Positions 10,126 through 20,159 of a DNA stretch of 64,000 nt are shown piece after piece (position 1 is the first letter of the stretch; the number at the start of each line of letters is the position of its first letter). The notes below the pieces were generated by a model that saw nothing but the letters and a program-made list of their open reading frames with translations, did no database searches and was not told the DNA's origin. Source of the stretch: Escherichia coli (GTDB taxonomy: Bacteria > Pseudomonadota > Gammaproteobacteria > Enterobacterales > Enterobacteriaceae); NCBI RefSeq assembly GCF_002854065.1, contig NZ_CP024147.1; one strand, given 5' to 3'. The translations under genes and the position numbers were made by a program.

Positions 10126-11625
10126 TTAACTCGCCGTTTCAGGCTTAAATGCAATATCCTGTTTTTCTTTATCTACTTCGACTACGGGCGCAGTGCTGTG
10201 AATTTCAGCAACGCGTTTGCGCACACCAAACCAGCCTATAACCAGCAGAATACCGATAATCGGCAGCGCCGCGATAGTATAAGTCCCGTTCGGGTAATCG
10301 AACGCCATCAGCACAAGGACACTCAGTAAAAACAGTAATGTCAGCCAGGAAGTGAAGGGCGCGCCAGGCAGTTTAAAACTGACATCCGCTGCTTTGCCTT
10401 CTTTAATCGCTTTACGCAGGCGCATCTGGCACACGATGATAAACGCCCATGAAGCGATGATTCCCAGCGACGCGAAGTTCAACACAATCTCAAATACGCG
10501 CGACGGCACCAGATAGTTGAGGAATACGCCGACGACATACACAACCAGTGTCGCCAGAATCCCGGCATACGGCACATGCTGACGACTCATTTTCGCCATA
10601 AAACTCGGTGCGGAACCGCCCATCGCCATTGAGCGCAGAATACGTCCGGTGCAGTACAGACCTGAATTCAGGCTGGAGAGGGCAGCGGTCAGCACCACAA
10701 TGTTCATAATGCTGCCGATATATGGCACACCCAGTTTAGAGAAAAACGTCACGAACGGACTTTGCCCCGCCTGATACGCGCTCCACGGCAATAACATAAC
10801 CAGCAACACCACGGAGCCGACGTAAAACAGGCCAATACGCCAAATCACACTGTTAATCGCTTTAGGCACCATGGTCTGCGGATCTTTACATTCTCCGGCA
10901 GCTGTACCCACCATTTCAATGGAGGCAAAAGCAAACACTACGCCCTGAATCAACACCAGCGCAGGCAGCAAACCGTGGGGGAAGAAGCCGCCATTATCGG
11001 TGATTAAATGAAAGCCAGTGGTGTTGCCATCCAGCGGCTGACCACTACCGAGGAACACCGTACCCACGACCAAAAAGGTCACAATGGCGAGCACTTTAAT
11101 AAGCGCAAACCAGAACTCCATCTCGGCGAACCATTTCACGCCGATCATATTCATGGTGCCAACGATGGTAAGTGCAGCGAGCGCAAAGACCCACTGCGGC
11201 ACGCCGCCAAACGCACCCCAGTAATGCATATACAGAGCGACGGCGGTAATATCAACAATCCCGGTCATCGCCCAGTTGATGAAGTACATCCAACCGGCAA
11301 CATAAGCGGCTTTCTCACCCAGAAACTCACGGGCATAGGAGACAAAGCTGCCACTGGAAGGGCGATGCAATACCAGCTCACCCAACGCGCGCAGAATAAA
11401 AAACGAAAACAGGCCGCAGATTAAATAGACCAGTGCCAGCGCCGGCCCCGCCATTTGCAGTCGGGCTCCCGCGCCTAAAAACAAACCAGTACCAATCGCA
11501 CCGCCAATGGCGATCATCTGCACCTGACGATTGCCCATTGCTTTGTGATATCCCTCTTCGTGGGCATTAAGCCAGCGGCGTTTCGCAGCGTGTTGCTCTG
11601 AAGTGTCGGTGTTGTGTTTACTCAT
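10126..11625 (-). CDS. ansP: L-asparagine permease (APC family)
   Basis: Start MSKHNTDTSEQHAAKRRWLN; 499 aa; 12-TM amino acid permease. Confidence 0.9.
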   Translation of the reverse strand: MSKHNTDTSEQHAAKRRWLNAHEEGYHKAMGNRQVQMIAIGGAIGTGLFLGAGARLQMAGPALALVYLICGLFSFFILRALGELVLHRPSSGSFVSYAREFLGEKAAYVAGWMYFINWAMTGIVDITAVALYMHYWGAFGGVPQWVFALAALTIVGTMNMIGVKWFAEMEFWFALIKVLAIVTFLVVGTVFLGSGQPLDGNTTGFHLITDNGGFFPHGLLPALVLIQGVVFAFASIEMVGTAAGECKDPQTMVPKAINSVIWRIGLFYVGSVVLLVMLLPWSAYQAGQSPFVTFFSKLGVPYIGSIMNIVVLTAALSSLNSGLYCTGRILRSMAMGGSAPSFMAKMSRQHVPYAGILATLVVYVVGVFLNYLVPSRVFEIVLNFASLGIIASWAFIIVCQMRLRKAIKEGKAADVSFKLPGAPFTSWLTLLFLLSVLVLMAFDYPNGTYTIAALPIIGILLVIGWFGVRKRVAEIHSTAPVVEVDKEKQDIAFKPETAS

Positions 11626-12599
11626 TGCGCTCCCTGATTGCTTTAATGAAAAAAGTCTTTTATGTCGCCATGAACAATGTTTATTCATCCTGGCGATGAC
11701 AAGATTCACCATTATTCTTTATGGGTATAACTGTCGGCGCAGAATCCTACCTTTTATCGTGTAACGATGCAAAATAATCCCACTATAAATGTGAGGGGAT
11801 AAAGGCAGCTGGCGACAAAATAGCAACCTGATGAAATTATGACGGAAACAACCACTATTGGTTCGATGATACTCGACTGTCGCCGACTCTTTAGCCAATC
11901 GTTTGTCGCTCTGAGCGCAAGTGGTTGCAGTGGACACTGGTGTGGTTGGTTTTCGCTGATTATCATTGAATAGTGAGGGACCAGCGCATGAGTGGTTTCA
12001 GGGGTAATACGCCAAATACCAATACAATTGCTGATTAGAAATGCCAGTTGTCGAGGTCACAGAAAGTGCAAAAAATGTAAGAGTGATATCGGGTGACAAT
12101 TGTGCTATTGCCCAGCAGAAATTTTTTAAATTAGTACTGTTCCAGGGGCATTACAAACCTTAAAACATTACTTCAATATAATTAATGTGTATATCATTCT
12201 TGATATTAATTTATGAAGTGAATTTGATATATTCCGAATTCTTAATTTACATTACTAATGTATGGGACATAACGTTAAGATGGCTATGTGCAGATTAAGA
12301 TATCAGGGTGGGGCGGTAGCGTTTACAGATATTAATTAATTGATGAGAGCTATGTTATCCGCACAATCATTTACATCAGCTATTGATATTGAAGATAGAT
12401 AAATAAATATGCTGAGAATTAATGTTAAGGAATCGTAATGGGAAACTTTGATAACTTGCTTTGATTTCATTCTCTATGAAGATGATGTCATCAACACTGC
12501 ATAAAGTGGAAATATTGAACATCAAAGAGAACCATATTTAATAAATAATAACAGAGCGTTTGTGTTTATCTGAAAAATATCATTTCCAGGAGGTAGGAT

Positions 12600-13130
12600 A
12601 TGTCATTAAGGAGAATGACATCTGGTGAATTAGCATTGGCCAGATCGATTTTTGAAAATACAATTGATTATAGTAAGGTATGGATCCACAATGAAAAATA
12701 TTTGCCGGGTCAAGGGGAAAGAACAGCGATGACCCCAAACGGGGAAATGTATTATCCTGATGCTGTTTATAGTTCAGATTATTCATCGCAAACAATGCCT
12801 GGTGATCGTGAAACAGTAGCAGGTGCTTCTCACTTGTTTATTCATGAAATGATGCATGTTTGGCAATATCAGAAAGGGTATGCAGTTAAGTTGCGTGGTT
12901 TATTTTCCTGGGCGGCAAATTATCATTACGATCTTAATTTACAGTCAATTTCTTCTTATTCCATGGAACAACAAGCATCTATAGTTGCTGATTATTGGCT
13001 ATTGATTAACTATGGACTGGTGGCTGATTTGGCAAATGTTAACTATGTAGGTGATACAACTGAATCCGTTAACACTCTATCGGAAAAATACAAAAAGGTG
13101 CTTAATTTATTTCCTGCGGGTGTCATATGA
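12600..13130 (+). CDS. HExxH zincin-like protein, DUF4157-like (putative effector/toxin)
   Basis: 176 aa; strong AGGAGGTAGG ribosome-binding site; no signal peptide; motif string IDYSKVWIHNE...ERTAMTPNGEMYYP...HLFIHEMMHVWQYQ resembles my recollection of the DUF4157 consensus (DLSxVRVH...AFTxG...LLAHELxHVxQQ); AT-rich context. Confidence 0.55.
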   Translation: MSLRRMTSGELALARSIFENTIDYSKVWIHNEKYLPGQGERTAMTPNGEMYYPDAVYSSDYSSQTMPGDRETVAGASHLFIHEMMHVWQYQKGYAVKLRGLFSWAANYHYDLNLQSISSYSMEQQASIVADYWLLINYGLVADLANVNYVGDTTESVNTLSEKYKKVLNLFPAGVI

Positions 13131-13483
13131 AGAGATTCTTTTTGTTTTTCTTTTTGTCGGGATGCACTGTTGGTGATTATGTTCGCCCATTGTTACCCGG
13201 TAATGTATATTTACAAGATGGACGGGTTTGTTCAAAACCAGACGATGGAGGTATTATTTCAAATTATATTTTATATGAAGGTAAATATGGCAATGCAATA
13301 AAGCTGAAAAGAGTAACAGGTCAGTTCGACCCCGTATGTATTGACATAAGTGAGCTATCTTCAGATGTTATTTATATCGGGCAATATATGCTCTCTTCCG
13401 GAAGTAAAAAAGAATACTATGGTTTTAGAATAATTAGATCCGGAGTACGTATTTTAAGACTTGATGATAACCATATCAAATAA
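13127..13483 (+). CDS. small lipoprotein, translationally coupled partner (putative immunity/inhibitor)
   Basis: 118 aa; ATGA start/stop overlap with the upstream gene; lipobox FLSGC (signal MKRFFLFFFLSGC). Confidence 0.55.
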   Translation: MKRFFLFFFLSGCTVGDYVRPLLPGNVYLQDGRVCSKPDDGGIISNYILYEGKYGNAIKLKRVTGQFDPVCIDISELSSDVIYIGQYMLSSGSKKEYYGFRIIRSGVRILRLDDNHIK

Positions 13484-13703
13484 CAGATTAAAAATTTTAT
13501 TAGTTTCATTAATGTGCTTTAGGTGAATGTTTTCACCAGGTTAACATGACGGTGCATTCTTCAAGGCATATATGGTTGATAGTATCTTCAGTAGCTCGCA
13601 TAAGTATTGAGATGTTTTACGCCAGTTACGAATATATTGCATATTTTATTCTCTGTAAGATTTCTTATTAGCACTTAGCCATTTCTAGTTAAAAGGATTA
13701 ATT

Positions 13704-15191
13704 ATGAGTTTTGCAGCTACAGATTATCCATCCGGCGCACTAACTGGATCGGGTACACATAACGTGACTTTGAGCGGCAGCGCAGTTCCTGATGGAATGT
13801 TACTGTTTGCAAGCTTAGGGGGTACAGAAACAGTAGGGGAACTATTTACTTATTCTATTAAATTAAAAACTCCTGACATCCTGAACCTGGGCTATGTTTC
13901 CCCCGCCGCAAACCTGCAGCTCAAACCGATGGTGGGCAAAGATCTGTGCGTCCATATCGAACTGGATGGCGGCGGAAAACGTTATATCAGCGGGCTGGTG
14001 ACGGCGGCACGCGTGGCTGGTCATCAAGGACGTTCGGTGGTGTATGAACTGCGGCTCGAACCGTGGTTAAAAATACTGACCCACACTAGTGACTACAAAG
14101 CGTTTCAGAATAAAAACGTGGTGGACATCCTGGATGAGGTACTGGATGAGTATCCCTGGCCAGTGGAAAAACGGCTGGTGGAAAATTATCCGACTCGCGC
14201 CTGGCAGATGCAGTACGGTGAAACAGATTTCGCTTTTATTCAGCGCCTGATGCAGGAGTGGGGTATCTACTGGTGGTTTGAGCACAGCGAGAACAGTCAC
14301 ACGTTAGTGCTGGCTGATGCCATTAATGTCCACAAGGCATGCGCAGATTCGCCGCTGGTGTGTTATTACCAGAAAGGGCTGAAACTGGACAAGGAGTTTA
14401 TCCATACCATCACAGCAAATGAAAGTCTGCGCAGCGGACAGTGGGTGCTGAATGATTTCGACTTTATGAAGCCGCGTTCACTGCTGAAGAGCACCGTGGC
14501 TAATCCGCGTGAAACCGGCCTTGCTGAATATGAGCACTACGAATGGCCGGGAGATTACTTCACAAAGAGTGAAGGTGAAATGCTGACACGCATTCGCATG
14601 GAAGAACAGCGTAGCCCCGGTAGTCGGGTACAGGGCAGCGGCAATATTCGTACCCTGATGACAGGTTTTACCTTCACCCTGGAAAACTATCCGACAGCCG
14701 AAGTGAACCGGGAATATCTGCTGGTACAGACCACGCTATTTATACAGGACAATGCGCAACACAGCGGCCAGGAGCAGCATTTCTCTTACTCAACCAGCTT
14801 TGAACTGCATCCCACCAGCGAAGTTTACCGCCCACAACGAACCCTGAGCAAACCCCACACTAAAGGCCCGCAGAGTGCCATCGTCACCGGCCCGGCAGGG
14901 CAGGAAATCTGGACAGATAAATATGGCCGGGTGAAAGTTCAGTTTGGCTGGGATCGTTACGGTAAGAATGACGAAAACAGCTCCTGCTGGGTCCGTGTCA
15001 GTTATCCGTGGGCTGGTAAAGGATTCGGTGGCATTCAGATCCCGCGTATTGGTCAAGAAGTACTGGTGGATTTCAAAAACGGTGATCCGGATTTACCGAT
15101 AATCGTTGGGCGTACCTACAACCAGGACACCATGCCACCGTGGGGACTACCTGAACGGCGTGTACGACAGCACGGGGCACCTGCTGCGTGA
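13704..15191 (+). pseudogene. vgrG: vgrG, N-terminal portion only (T6SS spike protein), truncated
   Basis: 495 aa ORF containing the VgrG gp27/gp5 signature ([39 protein letters not shown]); the frame ends shortly after this motif, well short of a full-length VgrG. Confidence 0.75.
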
Positions 15192-15298
15192 GTTTGCTTA
15201 CGACGAAAACCACTGCATGACGCTGCACCGCCAGCCGGGCGGCGAAGGGTATTATTACCAGTGGGGCTGGTATGACGGTCCGGATGATGCGGCGTGGC
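15145..15298 (+). other. Rhs/YD-repeat-like remnant fused out of frame to the vgrG end
   Basis: Alternative frame reads [44 protein letters not shown], a YD-repeat-like pattern; short and without a proper start. Confidence 0.35.
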
Positions 15299-15513
15299 GG
15301 GCACCCCTCCGAAATCTTCACCGTGACACCCCGCCCGGTATCAAATCCGGCCTCTTTCAGCCAGTCGCCCTTAAGGTTCAGGCTGGGGTGTCGTGAGTAG
15401 TACGTGGTCATGTAGGTTTTGCTGTTTATGTGGCGGGCTCTGACATAGCCGACTTTATAGCGTCGCTGTGTTTTGGAAATGGTGACTTCTGGCGTAATAT
15501 CGTGTTCAGCCAT
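15286..15513 (-). pseudogene. SymE-like (AbrB-fold) type I toxin, N-terminal ~76 aa, 3-prime end replaced
   Basis: AGGAG ribosome-binding site plus ATG at 15513; [34 protein letters not shown] aligns with SymE (...[38 protein letters not shown]); after EGC the frame runs antisense into the Rhs/vgrG remnant. Confidence 0.5.
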
Positions 15514-15826
15514 GATTAACTACTCCTGTTAGTTGCTTGTGGTGAGCGGCTGTTACAGGCGGCCACCTGTAGCAGTCGCGTTAAATATCAACGCATTACC
15601 TTCATTACCTGCTTCATCTTCTCCTGCGTGATCGCCATATCCAGAATACGGCAGATCACTTCCTGATCGTCTGCTTTAAGCTCAGGGAAAGATCATCAGA
15701 AGTTCACTTTTTGTACTAAATAATTCGCATTTTATGTTTAAAAATTGAGATATTCCTCATTACCTGAAGCTGTTTTTTATTGCTTATACATGATCAAATA
15801 CTCCTTACATAATTAAGGAGAACAAA

Positions 15827-16963
15827 ATGGAACTTAAAAAATTGATGGAACATATTTCTATTACCCCCGATTACAGACAAGTCTGGAAAGTGGAACATAA
15901 ATTATCAGATATTCTACTGTTGACTATTTGTGCCGTTATTTCGGGTGCAGAAGGTTGGGAAGATATAGAGGATTTTGGGGAAACACATCTCGATTTTTTG
16001 AAGCAATATGGTGATTTTGAAAATGGTATTCCTGTTCACGATACCATTGCCAGAGTTGTATCCTGTATCAGCCCTACAAAATTTCATGAGTGCTTTATTA
16101 ACTGGATGCGTGATTGTCATTCTTCAGATGATAAAGACGTCATTGCAATTGATGGAAAAACGCTCCGGCATTCTTATGATAAGAGTCGCCGCAGGGGAGC
16201 GATTCATGTCATTAGTGCGTTCTCAACAATGCACAGTCTGTTCATCGGACAGATCAAGACGGATGAGAAATCTAATGAGATTACAGCTATCCCTGAACTT
16301 CTTAACATGCTGGATATTAAAGGGAAAATTATCACAACTGATACGATGGGTTGCCAGAAAGATATCGCAGAGAAGATACAAAAACAGGGCGGTGATTATT
16401 TATTCGCGGTAAAAGGTAACCAGGGGCGGCTTAATAAAGCCTTTGAGGAAAAATTTCCGCTGAAAGAATTAAATAATCCAGAGCATGACAGTTACGCAAT
16501 GAGTGAAAAGAGTCACGGCAGAGAAGAAATCCGTCTTCATATTGTTTGCGATGTCCCTGATGAACTTATTGATTTCACGTTTGAATGGAAATGGCTGAAG
16601 AAATTATGCGTGGCAGTCTCCTTTCGGTCCATAATAGCAGAACAAAAGAAAGAGCCAGAAATGACGGTCAGATATTATATCAGTTCTGATGATTTAACCC
16701 CAGAGAAGTTCGCCAGAGCAATCCGAAACCACTGGCACGTGGAGAATAAGCTGCACTGGCGTCTGGACGTGGTAATGAATGAAGACGACTGCAAAATAAG
16801 AAGAGGAAATGCAGCAGAATTATTTTCAGGGATACGGCACATTGCTATTAATATTTTGACGAATGATAAGGTATTCAAGGCAGGGTTAAGACGTAAGATG
16901 CGAAAAGCAGCCATGGACAGAAACTATCTGGCGTCAGTCCTTGCGGGGAGCGGGCTTTCGTAA
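15827..16963 (+). mobile_element. ISAs1-family transposase (Rhs-associated H-repeat protein, YdcC/YhhI-like), intact ORF
   Basis: 378 aa ORF with AAGGAGAACAAA ribosome-binding site; H-repeat protein hallmarks ([12 protein letters not shown]..., ...[32 protein letters not shown]...); inverted-repeat ends not delimited. Confidence 0.85.
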
Positions 16964-17273
16964 TCTTGCCCTGGTTCGTTGAGTTTTACTGCATTGTCGG
17001 TAATTTAGGCATCTCCTTTGTCCGTAGCTTGTTTCAGCGTCTATAATGGGCGTTAATAAATTGGCAAGTCGGGAACTAGATGTTTTCTTAATGGTATGTT
17101 GGCAGAAGAATATGTTCTGCAAGTTGAAGATTTGTTGGTGCTTTATTTAAAAGGGTGTAGTGCAAATATCTACAATTTCAAGCAGGCATTATTGTCGTAA
17201 AAACGCTTTACCGGACACACGACATTCACAATGTGTGTTAATTTTACTGACATCTTTCAAAAGGAGCGTAATC

Positions 17274-17501
17274 ATGCCGCACATCGACATTAAATGTTTT
17301 CCGCGTGAACTGGACGAACAACAAAAAGCAGCACTTGCTGCAGATATTACCGACGTTATTATTCGCCATTTGAACAGTAAAGACAGTTCGATAAGCATTG
17401 CTCTACAGCAGATTCAACCAGAATCTTGGCAAGCTATCTGGGATGCCGAAATCGCGCCCCAAATGGAGGCTTTGATAAAGAAACCCGGTTACAGCATGTA
17501 A
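17274..17501 (+). CDS. pptA: tautomerase PptA (4-oxalocrotonate tautomerase family)
   Basis: AAGGAG ribosome-binding site then [30 protein letters not shown]-terminal Pro after Met; 75 aa. Confidence 0.8.
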
Positions 17502-17504
17502 TGC

Positions 17505-18074
17505 TTAACCTGCCGTAACTCGCTTGCCGCTGGTAACAAACGTGCCAGCACCTAAATGATGCAACGTATTGAGCTTATCATCATCAAACTGCCAGCGGCC
17601 TTCGACAAATACCTGTGCGTCTGCCGCTGCTGATACTACCTCGCCAAACAGTGTGTCGTATTTTTCTTGCGCGGAAGTCGCAGGTAGCAAGCGGCACTCC
17701 ATCCACGCCAGACATTTTGCCTCGACCAGAGGCAAACCAAGTACCGGACCTTTCACAACCGGAATGCCATAGCAATTAAATTTATCTTCATCACGCCCCG
17801 ACACACTTCCCACCGCCCACGTCCAGTTAGTTGCTGCAACGCCCGGGATAACGATGCCAAATTTACCGTTATGTTCAATCAACTCCCTGGTCCATGTCGA
17901 TTTATCTACCACAATCGCCACGCGTGGAGGTTCAAACTCCACCGGCATTGACCAGGCTGCAGCCATAATGTTACGCCGCTGGGATTGCTCATCGAAACTG
18001 GTGATCAAGACCGTTGGGCCATGATTTAACAGACGGCTGGCATGGTGTAATTCTATGGGGATGAATCGGCTCAT
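17505..18074 (-). CDS. yddH: flavin reductase-like protein YddH
   Basis: Start MSRFIPIELHHASRLLNHGPTVLITS; 189 aa. Confidence 0.8.
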   Translation of the reverse strand: MSRFIPIELHHASRLLNHGPTVLITSFDEQSQRRNIMAAAWSMPVEFEPPRVAIVVDKSTWTRELIEHNGKFGIVIPGVAATNWTWAVGSVSGRDEDKFNCYGIPVVKGPVLGLPLVEAKCLAWMECRLLPATSAQEKYDTLFGEVVSAAADAQVFVEGRWQFDDDKLNTLHHLGAGTFVTSGKRVTAG

Positions 18075-18246
18075 GGTATCGCCTCGCGAAGAAGGTTTTT
18101 TTAAGCGTAGTCCGTAACGCAATAAGTAACGAAATTAACGGGATTGGCGATTTGCGAACGTGATGCATGTCCGCGATCGCACAAAATAGCCGGTGCGGCG
18201 TCTATTCCAGGTTATAAGTTGAGAAAACCACTAAGGGAAACGCCTG

Positions 18247-19092
18247 ATGACGCCCATTCTGAATCACTATTTTGCCCGTATTATCTGGTCGGGAGCTGCT
18301 GCGGTCAATATTGATACGCTTCGTGCATTGCACCTGAAACACAATTGCACCATTCCGTTTGAAAACCTCGACGTTTTGCTGCCGAGGGAAATACAGCTTG
18401 ATGATCAATCTCTGGAAGAGAAATTGGTGTTCGCCCGGCGTGGCGGTTACTGCTTTGAACAGAATGGTGTGTTTGAGCGGGTATTACGCGAGCTGGGTTT
18501 TCAAGTACGCAGTCTGTTAGGTCGCGTAGTGTTATCTAATCCGCCAGCATTACCGCCGCGTACACATCGTTTGCTGTTGGTGGAGCTGGAAGGAGAAAAA
18601 TGGATTGCTGATGTCGGTTTCGGTGGTCAGACATTGACTGCGCCGATTCGTTTAGTGGCGGATATCGCACAAATAACGCCACATGGCGAATATCGGCTTT
18701 TACAGGAAGGGGATGACTGGATTTTGCAGTTTAATCATCATCAGCACTGGCAGTCGATGTACCTTTTTGATCTCTGCGAGCAACAACAAAGCGATTATGT
18801 GATGGGTAATTTCTGGTCGGCACACTGGCCGCAATCGCATTTTCGCCATCATTTGCTGATGTGCCGCCATTTGCCGGACGGTGGCAAGCTAACGCTGACC
18901 AATTTTCATTTCACCCATTATGAAAATGGGCACGCGGTGGAGCAGCGAAATCTACCTGATGTGGCGTCGTTATATGCTGTGATGCAGGAACAGTTTGGTC
19001 TGGGCGTAGATGACGCAAAGCATGGCTTTACCGTGGATGAACTGGCGTTGGTGATGGCGGCGTTTGATACGCACCCGGAGGCGGGAAAATAA
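18247..19092 (+). CDS. nhoA: arylamine N-acetyltransferase / N-hydroxyarylamine O-acetyltransferase
   Basis: 281 aa; NAT catalytic Cys context (RGGYCFEQN). Confidence 0.9.
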   Translation: MTPILNHYFARIIWSGAAAVNIDTLRALHLKHNCTIPFENLDVLLPREIQLDDQSLEEKLVFARRGGYCFEQNGVFERVLRELGFQVRSLLGRVVLSNPPALPPRTHRLLLVELEGEKWIADVGFGGQTLTAPIRLVADIAQITPHGEYRLLQEGDDWILQFNHHQHWQSMYLFDLCEQQQSDYVMGNFWSAHWPQSHFRHHLLMCRHLPDGGKLTLTNFHFTHYENGHAVEQRNLPDVASLYAVMQEQFGLGVDDAKHGFTVDELALVMAAFDTHPEAGK

Positions 19093-19096
19093 TTTA

Positions 19097-19180
19097 TGTC
19101 AGGTTGCCGGATGCGGCGTAAACGCCTTATCCGGCATACATTAGCCCGGTTGTAGACCTGATAAGCGAAGCGCATCAGGC
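19097..19180. repeat. REP/BIME cluster
   Basis: Two inverted REP units (GCCGGATGCGGCGTAAACGCCTTATCCGGC ... GACCTGATAAGCGAAGCGCATCAGGCA). Confidence 0.6.
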
Positions 19181-19187
19181 AACGGTT

Positions 19188-20081
19188 TCAGAGTTTAATT
19201 GCCCATTCGGCATGAAACAAAATCACCGCCGCGCCAGAAATGGTGACTTTTTCCGGTTGGTTATCACGAATTGTCACCGTCACTTCAATCACGCCGTCAC
19301 GCCCCAATGCGCGCCCCTGATGGCCTTTAACACGCAGCACCTTGCCATCGTGGGGCAATACGTTGTGATGTACCAACCATGCACCCATCGGGCCATTGGC
19401 ATTGCCAGTTACCGGATCTTCCACAATACCAATCGCAGGCGAGAACATGCGACCATCGGTTTCGTTTTTGCCTGGGCGGATCTGGAACGGGAAGAAACCA
19501 TTGCAGCCAATCTGTTTGCTGATAGCGCTCAGCGCAGCAAGATCAGGCGAAAGGGCGTCGATATCCACTTCTGATTTCAACGGGATCATCACTTTTGAGT
19601 GTCCTGTTGTTGCCACCTGAATTGGCAAGCCTGGCAGAATATCGTCCTCAGTGAGATGAAGCGCGTTGATAATCGCCGCACGTGTTTCACCTTCCAGCGG
19701 TGGCTCAAAGCCCGGCGTACCTTGTTCCAGCGAAATACGATAACCATCGTGGTGCTTTTCGATAGTCACGCGATGTTTTCCTGCCAGCGATGTTTGCCAG
19801 ACCGTGCAATTTCCTAAACCTAACACCTTCGCACGTACATAGTGCGCAGCTACTGTCGCGTGACCGCAAATAGGCACTTCAACTGTTGGCGTAAAGTAGC
19901 GGATGCGCACATCGCTGTCGTCGCTGTGCAGCAGAAAAGCGGTTTCCGAATGACCTAATTCGCGGGCGATAAGCTGCATTTGCGCTTCGCTAAGATTATC
20001 GGCGGGGAAAACAACACCGGCAGAATTGCCGCGAAATGGTTGAGAGGTAAAAGCATCGACGTGGTAAACCTGCGGTTTCAT
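19188..20081 (-). CDS. yddE: PhzF-family isomerase YddE
   Basis: 297 aa; PhzF-like fold motifs. Confidence 0.85.
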   Translation of the reverse strand: MKPQVYHVDAFTSQPFRGNSAGVVFPADNLSEAQMQLIARELGHSETAFLLHSDDSDVRIRYFTPTVEVPICGHATVAAHYVRAKVLGLGNCTVWQTSLAGKHRVTIEKHHDGYRISLEQGTPGFEPPLEGETRAAIINALHLTEDDILPGLPIQVATTGHSKVMIPLKSEVDIDALSPDLAALSAISKQIGCNGFFPFQIRPGKNETDGRMFSPAIGIVEDPVTGNANGPMGAWLVHHNVLPHDGKVLRVKGHQGRALGRDGVIEVTVTIRDNQPEKVTISGAAVILFHAEWAIKL

Positions 20082-20159
20082 TAACGTTCTCCTGTGACTG
20101 GAGAACTATCATAGCCTGCAAGTGGCCGGAGAGCGAAGGGCTATCCGGCCAGGGTGAAA

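Noticed and set aside
11719-11966. Two overlapping ~70 aa minus-strand ORFs upstream of ansP
   Set aside because: They sit in the ansP promoter region with no ribosome-binding site, are low-complexity, and show no recognisable similarity
15073-15513. 146 aa minus-strand ORF and 96 aa plus-strand ORF (15106..15396) taken as intact genes
   Set aside because: Only the first ~76 aa of the minus ORF resemble SymE and only the first part of the plus ORF resembles a YD-repeat; the remainders are read-through into antisense of each other, so they are annotated as fragments
19097-19180. Clustered palindromic repeats considered as a possible CRISPR array
   Set aside because: These are REP/BIME-type imperfect palindromes occurring singly or in pairs at several intergenic sites (also 10032, 38481, 43633), with no regular repeat-spacer periodicity
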